64,000 nt of DNA from an uncultured Candidatus Saccharibacteria bacterium (GTDB lineage: Bacteria > Patescibacteriota > Saccharimonadia > Saccharimonadales > Saccharimonadaceae). A program made the translations under genes and the position numbers. The DNA is taken from NCBI GenBank assembly GCA_963456285.1, contig CAUOLC010000002.1, positions 25,867 through 89,866 on the forward strand, in the 5' to 3' direction. Positions 18,191-28,606 of this stretch are shown piece after piece (within the stretch, counting starts at the first letter, position 1; each line of letters begins with the position of its first letter). A model generated the notes under the pieces. The model made no database searches, was not told the origin of the DNA, and saw only the letters and a program-made list of their open reading frames with translations.

Positions 18191-18906
18191 TAGTTCACTC
18201 CGCCAGCTTTCAAGGTTGCCTTTAAGCCAGTTTCACCACCAGCAAATCCACTGGCGACGTAGTCATTGATCACCATGTATGGCAGACCGTTCACACCGAG
18301 TGACAGAGCTTTTTGGGTGTTGTCATCGATCTCTTTTTGGTGCGGTTTTTTGGTCATACAGTCAGTAAACTTCGCCTCGTCCATGCCGACAGCTTTAGCA
18401 GAAGCCAGGAAATAGTCTAACGGCAGTGGTGGAATTTTTTGTGGTACGGCAACGTTTTTCACACCAATTCCTTTGTCAAAATAATCACGTTTAATGCGTG
18501 GCACGATATCGTGGGTATACTGCCAATATTTGTCTTGGTCGGCGGCGCAAAAAGCAGCGTGAGCCCCAGTTTCTGTGTTATCGGTGACTTCTTTGAGCAG
18601 TGTTACCACGCGGTGTTCATAGCGAACCTTGCCTGATTTGAGGTACTCATTTTTGAAGAAATCAGCGTTAGTGGCTGCTTCAACTTCGGCGCAGAATGAG
18701 CAAAAATAATCAGTATAATCAACAAACACATGCTTGGCTTCAGCAGAGCCTTGTGACATCTTTTCATTCCATGGTTTGCCGTCACCGACATGGCGATTTG
18801 GTGGACGATTAACGATGCCGTAGATAAACAATGCGACAATTGCCGTAATCAAAATGCCTGAAATAACCCAAATGATTGCTATGCCTGCTGATTTTTGTCG
18901 ATTCAT
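18190..18906 (-). CDS. membrane-anchored DsbA/thioredoxin-fold protein
   Basis: N-terminal TM, DYFCSFC, GVNGLP cis-Pro loop. Confidence 0.85.
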   Translation of the reverse strand: MNRQKSAGIAIIWVISGILITAIVALFIYGIVNRPPNRHVGDGKPWNEKMSQGSAEAKHVFVDYTDYFCSFCAEVEAATNADFFKNEYLKSGKVRYEHRVVTLLKEVTDNTETGAHAAFCAADQDKYWQYTHDIVPRIKRDYFDKGIGVKNVAVPQKIPPLPLDYFLASAKAVGMDEAKFTDCMTKKPHQKEIDDNTQKALSLGVNGLPYMVINDYVASGFAGGETGLKATLKAGGVN

Positions 18907-19529
18907 AGTTCCTCCTGTTTTGCTAATTCTGTATACATAAAGGCGATTTGTCCAGACTTGTAGAGTGAAAAGAGGCTTAATAGCAGGGCTAACATCAAGA
19001 CGATGGTGCTGGCGACGGTGGCAGCAGTGGCAGCGGCAGCGCCTGAGAAGAACACGGCAACGAGCGGCAGGATGAGTGATGTGCCGCAGGGAACGCAGCC
19101 CAGACCGATGGCAGCAGCTACAGAGGCCAGGCCGCTTAGTCCGACTTGTCTGGTGACCGACTGTTCGTTACGCTTATTTTTCTTGGCAGTGAAAATGACG
19201 ACGGTAATTGACAGTCCTTGGAGGAGTGACACCACAAGGAGTAATGCGCCGTTTAGCGAGCTGAAACCCTGTTTGAATATATCAATGAACATAGTCCCAA
19301 CAAGGGAAGCTTTGTCTAGCATCGGCAACCGCGACATCATCAGTGGGCCGTAAAAGTTGGCATTGATGGCAAAGAAAATAATGAGTGCAACGAGCAAAGA
19401 TAGGGTAAGTGCCAGCAGTGCGTACTGTGGTAGGCTGAGGATTTTACCAACTCCTACCATAGCTGACTTGATGGACTGCTGTTTGTTATATACTCGGCAA
19501 AATTGAACCATGCATCTATTATACGTCAA
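18903..19529 (-). CDS. hypothetical membrane protein with intramembrane CxxC (start uncertain, may be 19460)
   Basis: Four hydrophobic segments, GLGCVPCG; overlaps the start of the DsbA-like gene. Confidence 0.7.
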   Translation of the reverse strand: MTYNRCMVQFCRVYNKQQSIKSAMVGVGKILSLPQYALLALTLSLLVALIIFFAINANFYGPLMMSRLPMLDKASLVGTMFIDIFKQGFSSLNGALLLVVSLLQGLSITVVIFTAKKNKRNEQSVTRQVGLSGLASVAAAIGLGCVPCGTSLILPLVAVFFSGAAAATAATVASTIVLMLALLLSLFSLYKSGQIAFMYTELAKQEEL

Positions 19530-19577
19530 AACTGCATAATAGTATGCATTCCGGTGAGGTTAGTTGTCAGAATAAAC

Positions 19578-19629
19578 TATACACTGAGTGTATAAAACTC
19601 TTGTAATAACTAAACACCGGGTGTATAGT
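19578..19629 (+). promoter_or_regulatory. padR promoter with two palindromic operator sites
   Basis: TATACAC-TGA-GTGTATA (19578-19594) and TAAACAC-CGG-GTGTATA (19611-19627); TTGTAA(19601)-N17-TATAGT(19624). Confidence 0.75.
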
Positions 19630-19635
19630 AAGGGT

Positions 19636-20178
19636 ATGAGCGTTCAATATACCCTGTTAGGTTTTTTAGCGGAAGAGTCAAATTATGGCTATGAGTTGAA
19701 GAAAAAATACGACGGCTATTTTGGTAAGGACAAGCCAATTTTAACCGGTCAGATATATTCAACTCTAGCACGGCTCAAACGCGACAACAAAGTCAAAGAA
19801 ATTACTGATACTAGCGAATCGGGCGGGCCGGACCGGGTTCGGTATGAAATTACTGATGAGGGCAAGCAAGATTTGCAAGCATGGCTGGAATCACCAGAAG
19901 CACCGTCGCCGCAACTGCAAGCGACGATGTATATCAAAGCGGTGCTGGCCATTCTGAAGGATGGCGATGCGTCACCGTATTTGGACAACCAACGGCAGGC
20001 GCACATCCAACGGATGCGCGAGCTGACGGCGCAGCGGCGTGATAGTAACTTGTCGGACATGCTGCTGATTGATCATGCACTGTATCATTTGGAGGCGGAT
20101 TTGCGCTGGATTGAATTAACTATTTCGCGGTTAACGCGGCTAAAGGAGGAAATTTTGCATGAGCAAACCAATAATTAG
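19636..20178 (+). CDS. PadR-family transcriptional regulator
   Basis: LLGFL...YGYELKK, GQIYSTLARL, YEITDEG motifs; C-terminal helical domain. Confidence 0.9.
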   Translation: MSVQYTLLGFLAEESNYGYELKKKYDGYFGKDKPILTGQIYSTLARLKRDNKVKEITDTSESGGPDRVRYEITDEGKQDLQAWLESPEAPSPQLQATMYIKAVLAILKDGDASPYLDNQRQAHIQRMRELTAQRRDSNLSDMLLIDHALYHLEADLRWIELTISRLTRLKEEILHEQTNN

Positions 20179-20884
20179 CGCTAAAAATATTAAGAAGTCG
20201 TTCGGGCAAACGCACGCGCTGCGCGGCGTCAGCTTGGATGTCGAGGCGGGCGAGGTGCTGGCGATCATGGGTCCGTCGGGTTCTGGCAAGTCGACGCTGC
20301 TACACAGCTTGGCGGCGATTACCAAAGTTGATAGCGGTGAGATTGACTTTGATGGCCAGCGGATTGATACGATGAATGATGATAAGCGCAGTATGCTGAG
20401 GCGCACTAGCTTTGGCTTTGTTTTTCAGTTTGGGCAATTGGTGCCGGAGCTGACGGCGCTGGACAATGTAGCGTTGCCATTGCTACTGAACGGCGTCAAA
20501 CGTAAAGAAGCCTATCAACGGGCAAAAACATGGCTGAATAAGGTTGAACTAGGCAATAAAGCTGACAGTATGCTCGGCGAGTTGTCGGGCGGACAAATGC
20601 AGCGGGTGGCGATTGCCCGAGCGATGGTGATTGAGCCAAAAGTGCTGTTTGCTGATGAGCCAACTGGTTCGCTGGATAGCCTGAACTCAGAAAAGGTCAT
20701 GGAATTGTTCATCAAAACCGCCAAAGAGCACGGCACGACAGTCATCATGGTGACGCATGAGCCGACGATTGCCGCCTACGCTGACCGGGAAATCATCGTC
20801 CGTGACGGGCAGATTTCTGGTGCTGAGGCAGCGGTAAACCCGGCACAGGCGAGGCCTCGTAAAGCTAAGGCGAGGATTGTCTGA
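20159..20884 (+). CDS. ABC transporter ATP-binding protein (LolD/MacB-type)
   Basis: GPSGSGKST, LSGGQMQR, ADEPTGSLD, VTHE. Confidence 0.92.
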   Translation: MSKPIISAKNIKKSFGQTHALRGVSLDVEAGEVLAIMGPSGSGKSTLLHSLAAITKVDSGEIDFDGQRIDTMNDDKRSMLRRTSFGFVFQFGQLVPELTALDNVALPLLLNGVKRKEAYQRAKTWLNKVELGNKADSMLGELSGGQMQRVAIARAMVIEPKVLFADEPTGSLDSLNSEKVMELFIKTAKEHGTTVIMVTHEPTIAAYADREIIVRDGQISGAEAAVNPAQARPRKAKARIV

Positions 20885-23112
20885 TGAGCGTTAGTTGGAT
20901 GTTACTACAAAAGTCTGGTCGCCAGTCGTTTGCGCGTCTGGGCTTGACGACGGCAGCGGTGGTGCTGGGTATTATGCTCGTGTGCTGCTTTACGGCTGGT
21001 ATCAATGGGCTTATGGGACGCGCTGGGGGATCAGCCATCAGCCTGGCAGCATACCAAGCTAGTCGCAAAGAGGCTTCGCAACAACCGATTGATGGTATTG
21101 AACCACTAAGAATTAGTAATGTAGCGCGACTTGGCAATGCGTCAAAATGGCGAGGCCAAATTATCCAGACGTATGCAATGCACGGTACAGTGAAGTCCCC
21201 GCAGTTTGCTAAGCTAAAAACGCCAGGTCCGGGCGAATATTACTTATCAAAAGCGTTGGCTGATGCGGTGGCTCAGCATCCTGAGGATGATATCTTGGCG
21301 CGTTTTGGCAATAACACTAAATATCTCGGCGTGCTCCCTAGTGAATATGTTAGCGGCCCAGATACTCTCATGATGGTACGTGGTGCCAGTGCTGATGAAG
21401 TGGCGGCAAGTGATGATGTGGCAAAAGCTCGAGGACAAGTTTCCTACTTTGCTAATGTTTACCGGACGGATGCGAATGGACTAACATCGAATGTTGGACT
21501 AGGCCCTATATCCATCATTGTACTTGGCGTTGGTGGAACTATATTGCTGTTTCCAATTGTCATCTTCGTGTCAGTAGCAACGCAGCTGGGCGCGGCACAG
21601 CGCGAGAAACGCTACGCTGCTTTGCGGTTGATCGGTGCGACTAAGCGACAGGTGGGACGGGTGTTGATATTGGAATCGCTGTTGGCGTCGGTTGTGGGTG
21701 TGCTGATCGGGCTGGGTGCGTTTTGGCTATTACAAGCACCGCTGCAGAATTTCAAGATGGATGGTATGCGGTTTAATCCTAGTGATTTAGCGTTAACTGC
21801 CACGCAGTACGCGCTGATTATTGGCTTGACGTTGGGACTAACGGTTTTTGTTAACTGGCGACGAATGCGCCGAGCGCAGATTTCGCCGCTGGGTGTATCA
21901 CGCTCAATCGAAAAAGTGAAGAAGTTGCGCGTTTGGCGGCCGCTGGTGCCAGCAGCTGGTATTGTGATTTTTGCCTGGTTATCGTCAAAGCCGGGATTGG
22001 ACTGGTTGACGGCAAATAAAGAATCAGCCATGCCGATATTGCTATTAATGGCAGCTTTGCTGTTGGTGATGTTTGGGCTTATCCTGGCTGGTGGCTGGTT
22101 GACGAATAAGCTGTCACTGCTGGCGGCACACTGGGCGAATAATGGTTCAATGTTGATTGCTGGTAAGCGTACCGCGGTGCACTCGCGAACGGTTTTCCGT
22201 GGTGTGAGCGGCGTCGTATTGGCGTTGTTTGCGGGTAGTTTTTATCTGACGGCAACGAGTGGTATTGAGAACTTAAATGTTCAGGCTATCAAAGACAACG
22301 GATACTCACAGTTGAAACACGGTACGGCAGCTGTCATTGGCCGTTCACTGCCGAGCGATATGGCGAAGCAGCTGAACCAGCAGTCGTATGTCACGTCAGT
22401 AGCAACGATCTATCCACGCGAGGATGGCAGTGCAATTCGCTGCCAGGATCTGGCAATATACACTGAGCACACCTGCCCAAGTAATGCTCAGTCCGACCAA
22501 TTTGTGCTGTTGAATTTTGACGCGCCAGTGGTCAAAAATGTATCGCTAATTAACGATACGGTTGATACGAACGGTGCCAAGGAATATTTGGTAACAGTAA
22601 AATCAGACAATGATCTTGAGAAGTTACGCAGCATGGTTGTGATGCGCGCTAATCAGTACGATCTGACATACGTAGTGGGTGGCACTGATTCCAAAAAACC
22701 GCATATCAATCCAACGATTCGCGAATTTGCCAGCTTAGCCTATATTGGTATTGGCGTGACGTTATTTGTGGCGGTAGCGAGCCTGGTTGTCTCGACGATT
22801 GGCGGGCTAATGGAGCGTCGCCGTTCGCTATATACTTTGCGTCTCGGTGGTATGCGCCTCATTCAACTGAAGCGTTTGGTGATGGTTGAATCGGTGGCGC
22901 CGCTGCTGATCACCTCGGTTCTGTCGTGTGGTATCGGTGTTTGGACGGGGGCAGTATTCACGAAGATGTTCTCGACGACACTGAAGCCGGTGTTAACACC
23001 AACCTACTTTGCCATCGTTGGTGCTGGTCTGGCGGCAGCTATCATCGGTATTTACTTGATCCTGCCGATGGTCGACAAGCTGACGCGGGCGGAGGCTAAT
23101 CAAACCGAGTAA
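20884..23112 (+). CDS. FtsX-like ABC permease
   Basis: 742 aa, two FtsX-type repeats (REKRYAALRLIGAT; ERRRSLYTLRLGG). Confidence 0.85.
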   Translation: MSVSWMLLQKSGRQSFARLGLTTAAVVLGIMLVCCFTAGINGLMGRAGGSAISLAAYQASRKEASQQPIDGIEPLRISNVARLGNASKWRGQIIQTYAMHGTVKSPQFAKLKTPGPGEYYLSKALADAVAQHPEDDILARFGNNTKYLGVLPSEYVSGPDTLMMVRGASADEVAASDDVAKARGQVSYFANVYRTDANGLTSNVGLGPISIIVLGVGGTILLFPIVIFVSVATQLGAAQREKRYAALRLIGATKRQVGRVLILESLLASVVGVLIGLGAFWLLQAPLQNFKMDGMRFNPSDLALTATQYALIIGLTLGLTVFVNWRRMRRAQISPLGVSRSIEKVKKLRVWRPLVPAAGIVIFAWLSSKPGLDWLTANKESAMPILLLMAALLLVMFGLILAGGWLTNKLSLLAAHWANNGSMLIAGKRTAVHSRTVFRGVSGVVLALFAGSFYLTATSGIENLNVQAIKDNGYSQLKHGTAAVIGRSLPSDMAKQLNQQSYVTSVATIYPREDGSAIRCQDLAIYTEHTCPSNAQSDQFVLLNFDAPVVKNVSLINDTVDTNGAKEYLVTVKSDNDLEKLRSMVVMRANQYDLTYVVGGTDSKKPHINPTIREFASLAYIGIGVTLFVAVASLVVSTIGGLMERRRSLYTLRLGGMRLIQLKRLVMVESVAPLLITSVLSCGIGVWTGAVFTKMFSTTLKPVLTPTYFAIVGAGLAAAIIGIYLILPMVDKLTRAEANQTE

Positions 23113-23139
23113 TATCCCTCGGTTTGATGACAATCTATC

Positions 23140-23174
23140 AAAAAGCGTTCCGGTTGATGGCTGGAGTGCTTTTT
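23140..23174. terminator. probable bidirectional intrinsic terminator
   Basis: AAAAGCGTTCCGG...CTGGAGTGCTTTT imperfect hairpin between convergent genes. Confidence 0.55.
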
Positions 23175-23251
23175 CTTGCTATGAGCGCAACTTTGAATGG
23201 CTCAAACCACACGGAAGTAGGTATCTGTGATTGATAGAAATGAAGGGACTA

Positions 23252-25390
23252 TTAGTGGAAGGTCACCCGGTCATCAGCGACGCTGACGGTCACCGTCATG
23301 CCATCATGAATCCGCCCGTCGATGAGCTCCAGCGCTAATGGGTCAAGCACCCGCTTTTGTACCAAGCGCTTCAGTGGTCGGGCGCCAAAGGCTGGGTTAT
23401 AACCGTCGCGCGCTAGCATGTCGCGGACGCTGTTGTCAAATTCGAGTGTGATGTCGCGGCTGTCTTTGACCTGGCGGGCGACTTTGGTCAACTGGACATC
23501 GACAATCGCTCGCATGGCCTCTGGTCGAATGCGGTCAAAAATGACGATGTCATCGATGCGGTTGAGAAATTCCGGACGGAAATGCTGGCGTAGTACCTCA
23601 AGCATTTGATTATCGAGTGCCGACAAATCGTCGCCAGAAAAATCCATGATTGCCTGCGAGCCGACATTGCTGGTCATGATGATGACCGTGTTAGAAAAAT
23701 CGACTGTTCGCCCCTGGCCATCGGTCAGGCGGCCATCGTCCAGTACCTGGAGAAGCACGTTGAAGACGTCGGCATGAGCCTTCTCGATTTCATCAAACAG
23801 TACCACACTGTAGGGGCGGCGGCGCACCGCTTCGGTGAGTTGGCCGCCTTGGTCGTAACCAACGTAGCCTGGCGGCGAGCCAATCAGGCGGGCCACGGCG
23901 TGTCGTTCCATATACTCACTCATATCGATACGAATCATGGCGTGCTCGTCGTCAAATAATTCGCGGCACAGGCTGCGGGCCACCTCTGTTTTGCCCACAC
24001 CGGTGGGGCCAAGGAAGAGGAAGGAGCCGATTGGTCGGTTGGTATCACTTAGGCCAGCGCGCGAGCGGCGAATGGCGCTGGCGACTGCAGCGATGGCTTT
24101 GTCTTGACCGATCACTTGGGTGCTGATATGCTCTTCTAATTTGGCTAGTTTGCTTGATTCGGTCTCAATCAGCCGCTCCACAGGGATGCCTGTCCAGCGC
24201 GCCACCACGCTGGCGATGTCATCAGGGGTGACTTCTTCGCGCAGCAGGCGGTCGGCTGGCGGGATAGCCGCCAATTCCTGGCGAGCGGCGGCCAGCTTTT
24301 TCTCCAGCTCTGGCAGGTCGCCGTATTTGATGCGGCTGGCGGTGGCCAGATCGGCGTCGCGCTCGGCGATTTCCAGTTGCGAGCGCAGACTATCCATTTT
24401 TTCGGTAGCGGTATTGACGGTCTGGAGAATGTCTTTTTCGTGCTGCCATTTGCTGTTAATCACCTCGGCCTGAGCCCGAAGGTCGGTGATTTGCTGTTTG
24501 ATTTCCTCTGTGCGGGCTTTGGCGTGGTCGGATTTGTCTTTTTTCAGTGCGGCTTCCTCAATCTCCAGCTGTAAGCGGCGGTTATTGAGCCGATCCAGAC
24601 TAATTGGCACACTCTCCAGCTGCATCTTCAGGGCGCTGGTGGCTTCATCCAGGAGGTCGACCGCTTTGTCAGGCAAAAAGCGGTCAGGCAGATAGCGAGT
24701 CGACAGTCGCGCTGCCGCCACGATGGCATCGTCAGAGATTTTAACACCGTGATGAACTTCATATTTTTCTTTCAGGCCGCGCAAAATCGCCACGGTATCG
24801 TCAAAACTTGGCTCACCGACGTACACTGGCTGAAAGCGCCGCTCCAGGGCCGCGTCTTTCTCGACATGCTGGCGATATTCCGCCAACGTCGTCGCACCAA
24901 TCATATGGAGTTTACCGCGAGCCAGGGCGGGTTTAAGCATATTGCCAGCGTCCATGCTGCCTTCGGTTTTGCCGGCGCCGACCATGGTGTGGATTTCATC
25001 AACGAACAAAATGATTTCGCCAGCAGCCTCTTCGACTTCTTTCAAAATTGCTTTGAGGCGCTCTTCAAATTGACCGCGAAAGCTAGCACCCGCCAGTAAA
25101 CTGGAAATTTCCAAGGAGATTAGCCGCTTGTCTTTCAGCGATGCTGGTACGTCGCCTTTGACAATGCGCTGCGCCAGGGCCTCGACGATGGCGGTTTTAC
25201 CGACGCCCGGTTCGCCGATCAGCACCGGGTTATTCTTGGTGCGTCGGCTGAGGATTTGCATAGTGCGGCGAATTTCCTCATCGCGCCCGATGACCGGGTC
25301 GAGTTTACCCTCACGCGCCAGTGCCGTGATGTCCGTCCCAAACTGCTCGAGGGGCTTGGTGGTTTCTTCTTGGTTTATGGTTGGTGGCAT
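23252..25390 (-). CDS. clpB: ClpB AAA+ disaggregase lacking the N-terminal domain
   Basis: Two AAA modules ([16 protein letters not shown]), coiled-coil M domain, RIDMSEY; AAGGAGG SD. Confidence 0.92.
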   Translation of the reverse strand: MPPTINQEETTKPLEQFGTDITALAREGKLDPVIGRDEEIRRTMQILSRRTKNNPVLIGEPGVGKTAIVEALAQRIVKGDVPASLKDKRLISLEISSLLAGASFRGQFEERLKAILKEVEEAAGEIILFVDEIHTMVGAGKTEGSMDAGNMLKPALARGKLHMIGATTLAEYRQHVEKDAALERRFQPVYVGEPSFDDTVAILRGLKEKYEVHHGVKISDDAIVAAARLSTRYLPDRFLPDKAVDLLDEATSALKMQLESVPISLDRLNNRRLQLEIEEAALKKDKSDHAKARTEEIKQQITDLRAQAEVINSKWQHEKDILQTVNTATEKMDSLRSQLEIAERDADLATASRIKYGDLPELEKKLAAARQELAAIPPADRLLREEVTPDDIASVVARWTGIPVERLIETESSKLAKLEEHISTQVIGQDKAIAAVASAIRRSRAGLSDTNRPIGSFLFLGPTGVGKTEVARSLCRELFDDEHAMIRIDMSEYMERHAVARLIGSPPGYVGYDQGGQLTEAVRRRPYSVVLFDEIEKAHADVFNVLLQVLDDGRLTDGQGRTVDFSNTVIIMTSNVGSQAIMDFSGDDLSALDNQMLEVLRQHFRPEFLNRIDDIVIFDRIRPEAMRAIVDVQLTKVARQVKDSRDITLEFDNSVRDMLARDGYNPAFGARPLKRLVQKRVLDPLALELIDGRIHDGMTVTVSVADDRVTFH

Positions 25391-25462
25391 ATGTCCTCCT
25401 TTTTCTGTGGGCTGAGCCCCGTATTGTTACGTTGCGGCAAGAGGCAGTGTGAGGTGATGTGC

Positions 25463-26983
25463 TTATGAGCTGCTTAAAATTTTTCGTTCATAATAGCTCG
25501 ATCGTTTGCTGAGTTCAGCGTTGAGTTGGTCAATACCGCCAAATTGTTCAACCAGTGTCTGGCGATTTGAGAATAAATTGGTGCCCAGTCCCATGCGGTC
25601 GCCATCTACTGTCACACCCAGTGCTGCCAAGGTCGAAGGGTACATGTCAAAGGTGGCAAATTGGCGGTTGGTGGCGCGAGTTGGCTGAACGGCAGGGTTG
25701 ATGAAGGCGTTGTAGACGGTTCGTTGGTAGGGAGCGCCGGCGATTTTCTCTTCGTAATACGGTGTTTGCATACCGAGGTGATCACCACTGATGATGATAG
25801 TAGTGTTAGCGTAAAACGGTTGTTGTTTAGCCCATTCGACGAAGGCGGCGATTTGTTTGGAAGCGCAAGCATGTACGTTGTCGTATTTTGCTTCAAATTG
25901 TTGTTTACAGGTGTCACTGTCCAGCCAGCCGTCAGTAAAGTGCGTGTCAACGGTCAGCATTTGCAAGTTAAATGGCTTGTCTAATTTACTGAGGCGAGTG
26001 GCTTCATCGCGGGCAAACTGGAAAAGTTTTTTGTCTTCATAGCCCCACCACACTTTGTAGTCCTGAGGAATCAAGCCGTGCTGCTGAGCGTAGGTGAAGT
26101 CGATGATGTGGTAATCGCCATGTTGCTCTAGTAACTTATCGCGCCCACCAAAGGTTTTGTCTGAACCCATGACAAATGATTGATTATAATCAGCTTTTTG
26201 GAGCACTTGCCCCAAGGTATAAGCACCGGGCAAGAATTTATTGAAATCACCCATGCCGTTGCGGTCGCGGCCGCCAAACACGCCGCCGTCTTTGAGTGGC
26301 ACGCCAGCGGATTGCGCAGTCATGCCTGCTACCGTCCAGGTGGTGCCGTGGGCAGGTAGGGCGCCACCAAGGCCGGAGGATTGGTGTGAAAATGAAGTGT
26401 TGGTCAGCGCCAATTTCTCCAGCTCTGGAATGACTGATTTGTCGCTCATGCCGCCGTTGGCTTTGGAGGCGGGCGTATTTTCTAGCGATTCAACATAGAT
26501 ATAAATCAAATTACGTTTGGTGCTTGGAAACGTCAATTTGACGCCGCGCGGATCAACATAGTGCTTGTCGTAGATTTTTGATGATTGAGTAAGAGCGCTG
26601 ACATAGGCTGGGATGCTAAAGCTTTGCGCCAGGAGTGTCAGGCTAACAACAAAAATACCACTTGCATAATAGGTCTGGTGGCGCAGTCGAAATGGCATTG
26701 CTTTCCAGCGTAGTTTGAGGAGTATAGGGATTAGCAATACGATAAATAATCCAATAGCGTATGGCACATTGCCCCAGACTGCTGAAACTAGGCTGCTGGA
26801 TTGTCCGCCCGCCAGACCGTTGTTAAAATAGAACAAAATTTCATCAATTTTGGCGTCGCGAAATTGCACGGTTTTGTACTGACTGGCGACGATGAATATT
26901 GCACTGAGAGCCAGCATCAGGACGATACTGATTCGAACCAAAGTGCGAAAATTGCAGACACGGCTGAGGATCTTTTTCTTCAT
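25463..26983 (-). CDS. LTA synthase / phosphoglycerol transferase (sulfatase superfamily)
   Basis: N-terminal TMs, NLIYIYVESLE, TWTVAG catalytic Thr, WWGYED, TVDTH, GDH. Confidence 0.82.
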   Translation of the reverse strand: MKKKILSRVCNFRTLVRISIVLMLALSAIFIVASQYKTVQFRDAKIDEILFYFNNGLAGGQSSSLVSAVWGNVPYAIGLFIVLLIPILLKLRWKAMPFRLRHQTYYASGIFVVSLTLLAQSFSIPAYVSALTQSSKIYDKHYVDPRGVKLTFPSTKRNLIYIYVESLENTPASKANGGMSDKSVIPELEKLALTNTSFSHQSSGLGGALPAHGTTWTVAGMTAQSAGVPLKDGGVFGGRDRNGMGDFNKFLPGAYTLGQVLQKADYNQSFVMGSDKTFGGRDKLLEQHGDYHIIDFTYAQQHGLIPQDYKVWWGYEDKKLFQFARDEATRLSKLDKPFNLQMLTVDTHFTDGWLDSDTCKQQFEAKYDNVHACASKQIAAFVEWAKQQPFYANTTIIISGDHLGMQTPYYEEKIAGAPYQRTVYNAFINPAVQPTRATNRQFATFDMYPSTLAALGVTVDGDRMGLGTNLFSNRQTLVEQFGGIDQLNAELSKRSSYYERKILSSS

Positions 26984-27068
26984 ATTATCTAATTATACCA
27001 CTATACGCAGTAGGCGTTGATGCGCTTAGGGCTTATCATTTTGGCACAAAGCGCGTATACTGATAAGC

Positions 27069-27893
27069 ATGAACGGAACGAAAACGCGACGTCAAGGCTT
27101 TGGAATTAGTTGGTGGATCGGTCTTGGACTGTTTGTGGCGTTGATTGGCTTCATGGCGTTTGATATTTTGCAGCGCGAAGGTGGCTTTGGCAAGAGTGAT
27201 AATGTATTGGTGATGGGTACAAATGCTGGCTTTAAACCGTTTGAGTACAAGCAGGGCAATGAAATTGTTGGGTTTGATGTTGATCTGGCCAAAGAAATTG
27301 CCCGTAGCATGAATAAAGAATTGAGGATTGAAGACATGTCGTTTGACGGATTGCTACCAGCGTTGGAATCAGGGCAAATTGACATGGCGGTAGCTGGCAT
27401 GTCGGTGACGCCGGAGCGTGCTAAAAACGCGCTGTTTTCCGAGCCGTATTATTCAGCATCGCAGCGGATTATTGTCAAAAAAGGTAGCCCAATTCGTAAT
27501 AGGTATCAGCTGACGGGCAAGAAAATTGGTGTGCAGTTAGGTACGACGGGGGACACGCTGGCTGGAAAAATTACCGGCGCCAAAGTGTCACAATTCCCAA
27601 CCGCGCCAAGTGTGTTGACAGAGCTCAATGCTGGCGGCGTCGAGGCGGTCATTTTGGATGATGCGCCGGCTGCTCAGTACACGGCTGGCTTTCCAGACCT
27701 AGAGATTTTACCGGGTGAGTTATCGAGCGAGCATTATGCGATTGCCATCAAAAACAACAATCACGACTTGCTGGAAAAAATTAACCGAGTGTTGGCGGAG
27801 ATGAAAAAGGACGGTCGGTACGACAATCTCATCCGTAAACATTTTGGCTCTGCAGCGCTTGAGTCGATGAAGAAAAAGGAGCTTGAATCGTGA
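27069..27893 (+). CDS. polar amino acid ABC transporter substrate-binding protein
   Basis: GTNAGFKPFEY, GFDVDLA, FDGLLPAL, TPER, FSEPYY. Confidence 0.9.
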   Translation: MNGTKTRRQGFGISWWIGLGLFVALIGFMAFDILQREGGFGKSDNVLVMGTNAGFKPFEYKQGNEIVGFDVDLAKEIARSMNKELRIEDMSFDGLLPALESGQIDMAVAGMSVTPERAKNALFSEPYYSASQRIIVKKGSPIRNRYQLTGKKIGVQLGTTGDTLAGKITGAKVSQFPTAPSVLTELNAGGVEAVILDDAPAAQYTAGFPDLEILPGELSSEHYAIAIKNNNHDLLEKINRVLAEMKKDGRYDNLIRKHFGSAALESMKKKELES

Positions 27894-28606
27894 ATTTCCT
27901 GGAAGTGATTTTCGGCGATGGTCGGTGGTTGTATTTGTGGCACGGTCTAGAGGTAACGTTGGTTTTGACCGTTTTGTCGCTGCTTCTTGGTACGGCCATT
28001 GGTATCATCATCGCCCTGTTGCGAACCTCGGACGTACGACCGTTTAAGTCACTTGGTCGCTACTCGTGGGCCAAAGGGCTGAGCCGCTGGAATCCGCTGG
28101 CGTGGCTTGGGAAGGTGTATGTCGACATCATTCGGGGTACGCCGCTCTTAGTCCAGCTGTTGATTATGTACTACGTCGTCTTTGGCTCATATCAATTCAT
28201 GCCGAAGATTTTTGTGGCGGCCATCGCTTTTGGCATCAACAGTGGCGCCTACATTGGCGAGATTATCCGCGGCGGTATCGAAAGCGTTGACAAGGGGCAA
28301 ATGGAAGCAGCTCGTTCGCTGGGTTTTAGTCGCTGGCAGGCCATGCGTTTGGTGATTTTGCCACAAGCGCTCAAAAATTCGTTACCAGCACTGATCAGCG
28401 AATTCATCGCCCTACTGAAAGAGACCTCAGTCGTCGGCTGGATTGGGCTAAATGATATCATGCGCGGCGCTGATAATATTCGTTTTCAAACCGCCACGGC
28501 GTTTCAGTCATTGTTTGCCGCAGCGGTGATGTACTTGGCGTTGACCGCGATATTTACCCGTGTAATGACGCGAGTGGAGAGGAGGCTAAAAGATGGCAGT
28601 GAATAA
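27890..28606 (+). CDS. polar amino acid ABC transporter permease
   Basis: RGTPLLVQL, SGAYIGEIIRGG, GQMEAARSLG. Confidence 0.92.
   Translation: MNFLEVIFGDGRWLYLWHGLEVTLVLTVLSLLLGTAIGIIIALLRTSDVRPFKSLGRYSWAKGLSRWNPLAWLGKVYVDIIRGTPLLVQLLIMYYVVFGSYQFMPKIFVAAIAFGINSGAYIGEIIRGGIESVDKGQMEAARSLGFSRWQAMRLVILPQALKNSLPALISEFIALLKETSVVGWIGLNDIMRGADNIRFQTATAFQSLFAAAVMYLALTAIFTRVMTRVERRLKDGSE

Noticed and set aside
25391..25462. CIRCE/CtsR heat-shock operator upstream of clpB
   Set aside because: No TTAGCACTC-N9-GAGTGCTAA or CtsR heptad repeat; only a tiny GGGCTCAGCCC hairpin
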